Source: Spirochaetia bacterium (GTDB lineage: Bacteria > Spirochaetota > Spirochaetia > UBA9216). From it: DNA of 64,000 bases. The translations under genes and the position numbers were made by a program. Under the pieces are notes generated by a model, which saw only the letters and a list, made by a program, of their open reading frames with translations, ran no database searches and had not been told where the DNA came from. Shown piece by piece: positions 56,389 to 64,000 of the stretch; positions within the stretch are counted from its first letter, which is position 1, and each line of letters starts with the position of its first letter. Location: positions 1,120,001-1,184,000 of the forward strand of contig OY776510.1 of assembly GCA_963675665.1 (NCBI GenBank), written 5' to 3'.

Positions 56389-57993
56389 ATGAAGAAGTAT
56401 GTATTTGTCACAGGCGGAGTATGTTCCAGCCTTGGAAAGGGGCTTGCCGCGGCGTCAATCGGAACATTGCTCGAGTGCCATGGTCTTCGTGTATGTATGG
56501 TTAAGATAGATCCGTATCTTAACGTAGACGCCGGAACGATGAGCCCCTATCAGCACGGCGAAGTCTATGTTACCGACGACGGTGCTGAAACCGATCTCGA
56601 TCTCGGTAATTATTTCAGGTTTACATCATCACCGGTCAGTCAGAAACAGTCAATCACAACAGGGCAGATCTATCAGGAAGTAATCAGAAAAGAACGTGAA
56701 GGCCAGTACCTGGGCCGGACGGTTCAGGTAATTCCTCATATCACCGATGAAATCAAAAGACGCATCGTTGTTGCGGGAAATGACAATGATGCGGAAATAA
56801 CAATAGTGGAAATAGGCGGGACAGTAGGCGATATTGAATCAGTACCCTATCTTGAAGCTGCCAGGCAGTTCGGGCATGATGTGGGACGTGAAAATGTCGT
56901 CTATGTTCATCTGACGCTTGTTCCCATGGTTGCCGGAGAAGAGTTTAAGACAAAGCCTACCCAGCATTCGGCCAAGGCCCTCCGCGAGATAGGTATTCAG
57001 CCGGATGTTCTGCTTTGCCGATCGGCAAAGCCGCTGGATGATGAAATGAAACGGAAAATTTCCCTGTTTACAAATGTAAACAAGGATTCTGTAATTTCAG
57101 CTTATGATATCAGCGGCACGATCTACGAAATTCCACTGGTTTACGGCAGCCAGGGTTTCGACAGAATTGTTCTTAAAAGACTTGGCCTGGAATATACCGA
57201 ACCGGATAAATCCCGCTGGGAAAATGTGGTTGATATTTATAAAAATCCGGTAGATACGGTTAAAATCGGGATGGTCGGCAAATATATTGAACTTAACGAT
57301 TCTTATAAATCAATTAATGAAGCGCTTATACACGGCGGAATATCCAACCAGGTGAAGGTCGAAATCGTAAGGATAGATTCGGAAAATCTGGAAAAGACTG
57401 ATGATATCGGCAGCGTATTAAAGGAAGTAGACGGAATTCTTATACCCGGAGGGTTCGGTAAACGTGGAATCGAGGGAATGATTTCTGCTGCACAGTGGGC
57501 CCGGGAAAACAATCTTCCCACGCTGGGCATCTGTCTCGGAATGCAGATAATGGTTATTGAATACGCAAGAAATGTGGCTGGTCTGACGGATGCCGACAGT
57601 ACCGAGTTTGTTCCCGAATGCAAAGCGCCGGTGATAAGTCTTCTTGAAGAACAGCTGGACGTAAAGGAATACGGCGGTACAATGCGTCTCGGGCGCGGAG
57701 AGTCTCATCTGAAGGAAGGCAGCCTGATTCGCGAGTGTTACGATACGCCTCTTATTTACGAACGCCACAGACACAGGTATGAGGTTTCAGTCAAATACCG
57801 TGAAATTCTTGAGGAAGCGGGCCTTATTATAGGGGGCACAACCCCGGGGAATCAGCTTGTTGAATCGGTCCAGTGGCCGGATCACTGCTGGAGCACGGGC
57901 GTACAGTTTCATCCTGAATTTACATCAAAACCGACGGAACCGCATCCTCTTTTTGCCGGTTTTATAAAAGGCGCGCTGGAGAATAAAGAATAG
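56389..57993 (+). CDS. pyrG: CTP synthase
   Basis: KYVFVTGGVCSSLGKG, DPYLNVDAGTMSPYQHGEV, KTKPTQHS, GICLGMQ, VQFHPEF. Confidence 0.98.
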   Translation: MKKYVFVTGGVCSSLGKGLAAASIGTLLECHGLRVCMVKIDPYLNVDAGTMSPYQHGEVYVTDDGAETDLDLGNYFRFTSSPVSQKQSITTGQIYQEVIRKEREGQYLGRTVQVIPHITDEIKRRIVVAGNDNDAEITIVEIGGTVGDIESVPYLEAARQFGHDVGRENVVYVHLTLVPMVAGEEFKTKPTQHSAKALREIGIQPDVLLCRSAKPLDDEMKRKISLFTNVNKDSVISAYDISGTIYEIPLVYGSQGFDRIVLKRLGLEYTEPDKSRWENVVDIYKNPVDTVKIGMVGKYIELNDSYKSINEALIHGGISNQVKVEIVRIDSENLEKTDDIGSVLKEVDGILIPGGFGKRGIEGMISAAQWARENNLPTLGICLGMQIMVIEYARNVAGLTDADSTEFVPECKAPVISLLEEQLDVKEYGGTMRLGRGESHLKEGSLIRECYDTPLIYERHRHRYEVSVKYREILEEAGLIIGGTTPGNQLVESVQWPDHCWSTGVQFHPEFTSKPTEPHPLFAGFIKGALENKE

Positions 57994-58017
57994 GTTTATC
58001 AGGAACTTTAAAAACTA

Positions 58018-58046
58018 TCGGGCCTTTTAAATCAGCAAAGGCCCGA
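58018..58046. terminator. Hairpin between convergent pyrG and zwf (probable terminator)
   Basis: TCGGGCCTTT/AAAGGCCCGA 10-bp stem overlapping the zwf stop. Confidence 0.6.
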
Positions 58047-59381
58047 ATAATTTTCGAAATTAATCCAGATATTTCCAAAGATTGAAGAAGGCACGCTGCC
58101 TTTTTCATATTTTACAAGATCTTTCTGTTCGATAATCCCGTTCAGTTTTTTCCATGCCAGTTCGGTTTCTTCCGAACTGACGAAAAGCGTATGGTCGCCC
58201 CGCAGCGCATCAAGCAGTAGTTTCTGGTACGCCTCGGGAATATCTTCCTTAAAGCTCTCGTTATAGCAGAAAGCCATATCGGTCCGGGCAAGCTGAAGGT
58301 CCATTCCGGGGTTTTTTCCGGTCAGCTGAAGTATTATACCTTCCGAGGGCTGTACCTTGAAAATAATCTCATTCGGAGCAGTCCCTTCGGGAGGATTGTA
58401 TAAAGCATGCGGTCTTTTTTTAAACCGCAGTCCGATTTCCGTGCCCTTGCGATCGAGGGCCTTTCCGGTCCGGATAAAAACCGGGGTTCCCGCCCAGCGG
58501 TGATTGTTTATCTTCAGCTTTATTTCAGCCCATGTTTCTGTTGATGAACCGGACGACACGCCTTTTTCGTCAAGGTAGCCTTCATATTGGCCCCTGCTGA
58601 CTTTTTCTATTTCAATTGCCTTAAGGACGTTTATTTTCTGGTTTCTTATATCTTCCGGATCCAGACTGACGGGCGGGTCCATTGTAGTCAGGCAGAGCAT
58701 CTGCAATAAATGGTTCTGTACCATATCGCGAATCGAACCGGCCTGATCGAAATAGCCGCCTCTTTCTTCAACTCCTATGGATTCGAAAGCGTTTATCTGA
58801 ATTGACTCTATATAATTGCTGTTCCAGGATGCCTCGAATATTGAGTTGGCAAAGCGAAAGATCAGGATATTTTGAACAGCCTCCTTGGCAAGATAATGAT
58901 CGCTTCTGAAAATCTGGCTTTCGGAATAGTAACGGTGTATCGATTCGTTTAATTCGTGTGCGCTTTGATAGTCCCGGCCGAACGGTTTCTCGATGACGAT
59001 GTTTACTTCATCGCGGAACCCCTCGTTATACAGTTTCTCGACTGTTGAGGCATAACTTGCGGGCGGAAGAGCTAAAAAAATGATTATCCGATCGAAGGTT
59101 CCGAATGAATCAATATACGGTTTAAGGCCCTTAATGCCCTGATGGAAGTAAAGCTGGTCACGGAATTCACAACAGACCTCAAATCTGTCCCTGAATTCCT
59201 CATCCGTAAATGAAGAGCGCCCCTCGCCTACGACAATCGAATCCGCGCTGATGAGGGTCTGTTTTCTTAAGACAGACAGGGCCGGAATCAGTTTTCTCCG
59301 GGCAAGATCCCCCGACGCCCCGAGTATTATAATGGCCGATTTCTCATTTTCCGAATTTGTTCCTACTCTTTTAAATATCAT
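58032..59381 (-). CDS. zwf: Glucose-6-phosphate 1-dehydrogenase
   Basis: GASGDLARRKL.PAL, IEKPFG, DHYLAKE, RDMVQNHLLQ, RTGKAL. Confidence 0.95.
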   Translation of the reverse strand: MIFKRVGTNSENEKSAIIILGASGDLARRKLIPALSVLRKQTLISADSIVVGEGRSSFTDEEFRDRFEVCCEFRDQLYFHQGIKGLKPYIDSFGTFDRIIIFLALPPASYASTVEKLYNEGFRDEVNIVIEKPFGRDYQSAHELNESIHRYYSESQIFRSDHYLAKEAVQNILIFRFANSIFEASWNSNYIESIQINAFESIGVEERGGYFDQAGSIRDMVQNHLLQMLCLTTMDPPVSLDPEDIRNQKINVLKAIEIEKVSRGQYEGYLDEKGVSSGSSTETWAEIKLKINNHRWAGTPVFIRTGKALDRKGTEIGLRFKKRPHALYNPPEGTAPNEIIFKVQPSEGIILQLTGKNPGMDLQLARTDMAFCYNESFKEDIPEAYQKLLLDALRGDHTLFVSSEETELAWKKLNGIIEQKDLVKYEKGSVPSSIFGNIWINFENYSGLC

Positions 59382-60136
59382 ACTCCTTCCTCTTTTTCCG
59401 CTGTCTGCTTCGCCTGCCGGTCGCATATAATCAGCGTATCCAGGCCGAGGCTTTCCCTGTTCCTGATTATTCTGGCCGGAGGCAGAAACTCCTCCTTCGG
59501 ATCTTTTCCCCGGCTGTTTATTTCGGTCAGCAACCTGTTGAAAATTCCGGCCTTGGAAGTTCCCGTGACAGTTAGTACGAGTTTTTTCGATTGTGAAATT
59601 ACCGCGGGGCCGAGAGACAGGCGGTCTTTCGGATTAAACGGCGAAACAGTTTTTAATACAAGTTCAAACCAGTCTGCATCATGTTCCGCCGGGCAATTAG
59701 CCGGAAAAAGACTTGCTGTATGGCCGTCCGGACCGATTCCGAGAAAAACAAGATCGAATAAAGGCAGTTTGCTGCCGGTCAGATTGAAGAACTCATTTAT
59801 AAAGCTCCGGTATATTTCCGCATCGGAAGCCCACCGTTTACGATCTTCAGCCTTTCCGCATACTGAGAGAAAACTGTTCCATGCCGATCCCCAGTTACTG
59901 CCGGGATGATCGAAGCCGACAAGTCGCTCGTCGGCGGGAAAGAACGCCGGCATTGGTGTTTCAGGAGAGATGCCCGGTTTCAGTCCGTTAAGATACAGCA
60001 CTTTCCACCTTTTGAAGATATCCTCATAGGTTGATCCGAATGATAATGCCGCTGTTTCTGCTTTTGCAAGAAGTGCAAATTCGTAATCGGCGATTTCTTC
60101 AATACCACTGAATATTTCAAGATTAATCATCGGCAC
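59378..60136 (-). CDS. pgl: 6-phosphogluconolactonase
   Basis: DERLV, SNW, FDLVFLGIGPDGHTASLFP; lies between gnd and zwf. Confidence 0.88.
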   Translation of the reverse strand: MPMINLEIFSGIEEIADYEFALLAKAETAALSFGSTYEDIFKRWKVLYLNGLKPGISPETPMPAFFPADERLVGFDHPGSNWGSAWNSFLSVCGKAEDRKRWASDAEIYRSFINEFFNLTGSKLPLFDLVFLGIGPDGHTASLFPANCPAEHDADWFELVLKTVSPFNPKDRLSLGPAVISQSKKLVLTVTGTSKAGIFNRLLTEINSRGKDPKEEFLPPARIIRNRESLGLDTLIICDRQAKQTAEKEEGV

Positions 60137-61633
60137 TTATGCGTTGTAGGCCGTTGAAGCGGTTTTTCCTCCGCGGCCTGTCCAGTCGGTATGGAAAAAC
60201 TCGCCGCGTGGTTTGTCCTTCCGTTCATACATATGACCGCCGAAGTAGTCCCTCTGGGCCTGAATCAGGTTTGCAGGAAGGTTTCCGCTTCTGAAGCCGT
60301 CGTAAAACGAGAGGGCGGCGGAGATTCCCGGAATCGGGATTCCCCAGAGCGCGGCCCTTGCGGCAGTTCTTCTCCATCCGATAGAAAGCCTCGTAATCAA
60401 TTCAGCAAAATATTCGTCATAAAGCAGCGACTCGAGAGTTCCGTTCATTTGGAATGCCTTTTTAATCGGAGTCAGCAGCGCGCTTCGGATTATGCAGCCT
60501 CCCTGCCAGATTTCAGCCAGATCCGCGGCCTGAAGGTCCCAGCCGTACTCTTTTGATGCCGCCATAATCAGCGAGAACCCCTGTGTATACGAAATAATTC
60601 TGGAAGCAAGCAGTGCGTCGGCAATATCGGCAAGAACTGCGTTTTTTTCAGCATTCAGCGCCGAAGATGTGCCGGCCGGGGGCAGTTTTTCGGAAGCCAG
60701 AAGGCGCTGCTCTTTCATCGAGGACAGCCCCCTTGCATATACCGCCTGGCTTATTACCGTAACAGGTTTTACAAGATTGAAGCTTTCTTCAACCGTCCAC
60801 TTTCCGGTGCCTTTCTGTCCTGCCGCGTCAAGAATTTTGTCCACAAGGGATTTGCCGTCCGTATCCCTGAATTTTAGAATATCTGCGGTTATTTCATTCA
60901 GAAACCCTGCAAGCCCGGTTTTGTTCCATTCGGAGAAAACTGCAGAGGTTTCATCATTGGATAATCTGAAGTCTGTTTCCGGTTTTTCGGCGGTCATCAG
61001 ATGATAGCCCTCTGAGATTATTTCCATGTCGCCGTACTCAATTCCGTTGTGCACCATCTTGACGAAATGTCCCGAACCGCCGCGGCCGATCCATTTGCTG
61101 CAGCGAATACGGGTTCCGTCGGGTTCGGCCACCTCCGCGCTGATGGAAGTGAAAACCTCTTCGAGCATAACCTGCGCTTCTTTGCTTCCGCCGGGCATGA
61201 TCGACGGGCCGCGACGGGCACCTTCTTCGCCGCCGGAGACCCCGACGCCGGCAAAAAGAATTCCTTTTTCGGACAGCTCTTTTTCTCGCCTGATGCTGTC
61301 GCGGAAGAAGGAATTGCCGAGATCCGCTACCAGATCTCCCTTCTGAAGATGAGGCAGTAATGAGTCAATCACTGCGCTCACACCGTCGCCGGCCTTGACC
61401 ATTAAAAGAATCCGCCTGGGGCGCTGTATAGAATCAATAAAGCTTTTGATGTCCGAATACGGAACAATATTATCTGCGGATTTGCACGCAGTTTTTGATT
61501 CCTTAATGAAAAGATCAGTTTTTTCGCCGGAGCGGTTGTAAACTGCGGTTTTATAACCGTGATCGGCCAGATTCATCACAAGGTTCTGGCCCATTACAGC
61601 CAAACCTATTAATCCCAAATCATTTTTATTCAT
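60137..61633 (-). CDS. gndA: 6-phosphogluconate dehydrogenase, decarboxylating
   Basis: GLAVMGQNL, VSGGEEGA..GPS.MPGG, KMVHNGIEYGDM, GQKGTGKW, QAQRDYFG.H. Confidence 0.97.
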   Translation of the reverse strand: MNKNDLGLIGLAVMGQNLVMNLADHGYKTAVYNRSGEKTDLFIKESKTACKSADNIVPYSDIKSFIDSIQRPRRILLMVKAGDGVSAVIDSLLPHLQKGDLVADLGNSFFRDSIRREKELSEKGILFAGVGVSGGEEGARRGPSIMPGGSKEAQVMLEEVFTSISAEVAEPDGTRIRCSKWIGRGGSGHFVKMVHNGIEYGDMEIISEGYHLMTAEKPETDFRLSNDETSAVFSEWNKTGLAGFLNEITADILKFRDTDGKSLVDKILDAAGQKGTGKWTVEESFNLVKPVTVISQAVYARGLSSMKEQRLLASEKLPPAGTSSALNAEKNAVLADIADALLASRIISYTQGFSLIMAASKEYGWDLQAADLAEIWQGGCIIRSALLTPIKKAFQMNGTLESLLYDEYFAELITRLSIGWRRTAARAALWGIPIPGISAALSFYDGFRSGNLPANLIQAQRDYFGGHMYERKDKPRGEFFHTDWTGRGGKTASTAYNA

Positions 61634-61671
61634 TGTTTATTATAACCTGTTTTTCGTTCTGCAGAAAACGA

Positions 61672-61992
61672 TCAGTTCTCTTTTTTTATTTCGATGACTA
61701 CGTCCGAGGGAAGTGCGAAAGAGCAGGCGGCTTCAACCGCTTTCAATATCGCTGTCGGAACCGGACATGTCGCATGGGTAAGTGTGCCGTTTGATGCAGT
61801 AAATACTGATGAGGTTCCGAATGGTGCAAACACTTCCTTCATTGCATCAACTGTTTTGACCTTTTCAGCCAGATCCATTACTGCCGGACAATCGGATTCA
61901 ATCTCTATCGTTGCGTTCATCATGTCTGCCGAATCGGCTTTGACCACTGATTTGAGACCGCATATACCGGGGTTTACATTGACTGATATCAT
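61672..61992 (-). CDS. Conserved Cys-motif protein (DUF6951-like)
   Basis: PGICG...IESDC...HATCPVP..ILKAVEA...ALP.DV.I; AGGAG SD. Confidence 0.75.
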   Translation of the reverse strand: MISVNVNPGICGLKSVVKADSADMMNATIEIESDCPAVMDLAEKVKTVDAMKEVFAPFGTSSVFTASNGTLTHATCPVPTAILKAVEAACSFALPSDVVIEIKKEN

Positions 61993-62139
61993 TTAAAACT
62001 CCTTTTATATATGAAAAACACTATTCAATGATAATAAAAATGTAGTTGATCGTCAAGCAACGACTGTTTTCACCCGGATATTACAGACCCGCCATATTGT
62101 TTTCATGCCGATTAAGTGATAATAATTTAATTACAGATT

Positions 62140-62934
62140 ATGAATGAATACAGAACAGTTAAATTTCCGAATTCAAGAGTTGCGACCTTTGATGTAGGCA
62201 GAATAGGCGGCCGCAAGCACCTGATTACGGGATTGCTGGAGATTGATGTTACCGAAGCCAGAAACAGGATTAGAACTCATATTAAAAACGGCAGAAATAT
62301 AAGCTTTATATCGTGGCTGATTAAATGCGTCGCCGAAACAGTAGTCCGCGATCCGTCTGTTCAGGCAATAAATAAAGGCAGGGTGAAACAGATAGTTTTT
62401 AACGATGTCGATGTCTCTATCCCCCTTGAACGCGAGGTAGAAGGAATAAAAGTACCGCTGGCTGCATTGATAAAAGGGGCTGATAAAAAAAGCATAGAGG
62501 AAATAAATACGGAGACAGCTGCTTTCCGAAACCAGAAAGTCGATTCGGAAGAGGACTTTGTTCTGGGAAACGAAGGTTCCGGCAGACGCAACAGGCTTTT
62601 TTTTAATATGCCGGGATGGATGCGGATGTTGGTCTGGAAAACCCTTCTGGGCAATCCTTTTATCAGAAAAAAAAATATGGGAACAGTAATTATTACCAAT
62701 GCGGGAATGACGGGCGGAACCTCCGGCTGGATTATTCCCAGGACCATGCACAACCTGGCTGTAGGTATCGGAACTGTAAATAAACGTCCATGGGTTGTAA
62801 AAGGAGAAATATGTATCAGGGATATCATGCATCTGACGGTTCTGTTTGATCATGATGCGGTTGACGGGGCCCCTGCGGCAAGATTCACATCAAGGCTGAC
62901 ACGCAATATTGAGAAGGGAAGGTGGCTGGATTAA
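62140..62934 (+). CDS. Stand-alone 2-oxoacid dehydrogenase acyltransferase (E2 catalytic/CAT-like) domain protein
   Basis: EIDVT, GTVIITN.G, C-terminal FDHDAVDGAPAARF (HxxxDG); no lipoyl domain. Confidence 0.88.
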   Translation: MNEYRTVKFPNSRVATFDVGRIGGRKHLITGLLEIDVTEARNRIRTHIKNGRNISFISWLIKCVAETVVRDPSVQAINKGRVKQIVFNDVDVSIPLEREVEGIKVPLAALIKGADKKSIEEINTETAAFRNQKVDSEEDFVLGNEGSGRRNRLFFNMPGWMRMLVWKTLLGNPFIRKKNMGTVIITNAGMTGGTSGWIIPRTMHNLAVGIGTVNKRPWVVKGEICIRDIMHLTVLFDHDAVDGAPAARFTSRLTRNIEKGRWLD

Positions 62935-62990
62935 TTACTGATTTTCAGACATCCTGAAACTGTTGTATAATATCCGGGGAGGATTTAATT

Positions 62991-63530
62991 ATGAATAAAG
63001 TGGTAGTTTATTACTCAGGAAAAGGCAGCAATAAGTATCTGGCCGGTAAAGCAGCAGATGCTCTGGGCTGCAAGGCGGTTGAGATTATGCCCCGTGCTCC
63101 CGGGCTTGTAATTGCTGCTACCATGACGAAAATAAGCCTGGGAATTAAACCAGTCGATATGATTTTTGAAAATTTTGACAGAGTAGTTGTCTGCGGCCCT
63201 CTTTATATCGGCAGCATTGCCGCACCCTGTGCCGATTTTATTCGAAAGTACGGTAAAAAAATAAAGAAACTGGATTTCATTACATGCTGCGGCAGCAGCG
63301 ATGAAAAGAAAGATGAAAAACTCGGATACGGAAAGGCTTTTGAGAAACTTAAATTAAGTCTTGGAAACAAGGCCGGGTTGTTTGAAGCCTTTCCTGTAGG
63401 ACTTGTTTTGTCTGAAGAGCAAAGGGAAGATGACGAAGCAATGATGAATGCCCGGTTTGACGATACCAATTTTACAGGCGCCGTAAAAGAAAGGCTTGAC
63501 GCATTTACAGAAAAATTAATTCACGCGTAA
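62991..63530 (+). CDS. Flavodoxin-like domain protein
   Basis: VVYYSGKGSNKYLA, VVVCGPLYIG, FITCCG. Confidence 0.8.
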   Translation: MNKVVVYYSGKGSNKYLAGKAADALGCKAVEIMPRAPGLVIAATMTKISLGIKPVDMIFENFDRVVVCGPLYIGSIAAPCADFIRKYGKKIKKLDFITCCGSSDEKKDEKLGYGKAFEKLKLSLGNKAGLFEAFPVGLVLSEEQREDDEAMMNARFDDTNFTGAVKERLDAFTEKLIHA

Positions 63531-64000
63531 ACCCGCAAGATATATTTTGATTGTATCTTTTAAAAAACTGTTGAAATTGATCCTGAAACGGGTCAGTCCC
63601 GTTTCCTCAATTATTTTGAGCTGGGTTTCGCTAACCTGCGACATCGGCCAGACACCTGCAACAAGGGCCAGGCACAGCTTGATGAAATCCATTGTTTCTT
63701 CCGGTTTCATTTTTGGGCGCGCGACGGCAACAGCTTTCGCTATCCTTTCAGCCTGTTCGGCAATTTGCAGCTTGGCGTTCCGGTATACCTCCTCCGACGA
63801 ATTACGTTCCAGGGACACCGCCAGAATCGGTGATAATTCAAGAAAGCGTTTGTTGCCTTCAATCAGATTTGTCAGGCGCTCTGTGAATAAACCGATAGAC
63901 ATTTCATTGTTGAAAACAGAACACGCCCCGTCTGCAATATCCGTAAGGTCCGCAATGTAGATTTTCAGGAAAATCTCTTCTTTTGTTTTAAAATAACGGT
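63516..64000 (-). CDS. TetR/AcrR-family regulator (5' truncated by window edge)
   Basis: Frame is open to the window end: RYFKTKEEIFL (TetR HTH end), followed by an LERN...K helical ligand domain. Confidence 0.85.
   Translation of the reverse strand, partial: RYFKTKEEIFLKIYIADLTDIADGACSVFNNEMSIGLFTERLTNLIEGNKRFLELSPILAVSLERNSSEEVYRNAKLQIAEQAERIAKAVAVARPKMKPEETMDFIKLCLALVAGVWPMSQVSETQLKIIEETGLTRFRINFNSFLKDTIKIYLAGLRVN

Noticed and set aside
1-64000. CRISPR array, tRNA/rRNA, IS/transposase, integrase or prophage
   Set aside because: No regularly spaced repeats, RNA gene signatures or mobile-element proteins seen by eye

Overview
Gene-dense bacterial chromosomal segment with about 65 CDS. I saw no rRNA, tRNA, CRISPR array, transposase or phage genes. 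The lineage is most likely a free-living anaerobic spirochaete (Spirochaetales-like); this is inferred from the gene repertoire (diderm TolC system, lipoproteins, long PstA, sigma54 Psp system), not proven. Contents in order: the tail of a sugar operon (PfkB, LacI, BtpA/SgcQ, RbsD); a MalT-like STAND/LuxR regulator with a divergent 66-aa partner and a palindromic operator; trxA; an iron-containing alcohol dehydrogenase; three HisKA_2-type kinases; a TolC-MFP-RND-PII-like operon with a two-component pair; a Ub-Mut7C RNase; a MarR operon; ackA with an unusual thioredoxin-like partner; nfeD-nfeD-floA; cvfB; an APC-EIIA permease; pspF/pspABC with a sigma54 promoter and enhancer boxes; an ABC-2 exporter; sbcDC; HD-GYP; cysQ plus a sulfotransferase; pstCAB-phoU-phoBR with Pho-box repeats but no pstS; pyrG; gnd-pgl-zwf; and a partial TetR. 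The best candidates for undescribed biology are: (1) the STAND regulator / micro-protein / operator module; (2) PstA carrying two PstS-like lobes; (3) a SprT-like protease with a probable DNA-binding tail; (4) a CxxS thioredoxin-like protein with a Cys-rich insert coupled to ackA; (5) two highly structured intergenic RNA candidates; (6) apparently widespread leaderless gene architecture. All family assignments come from motif recognition by eye, not from database searches.
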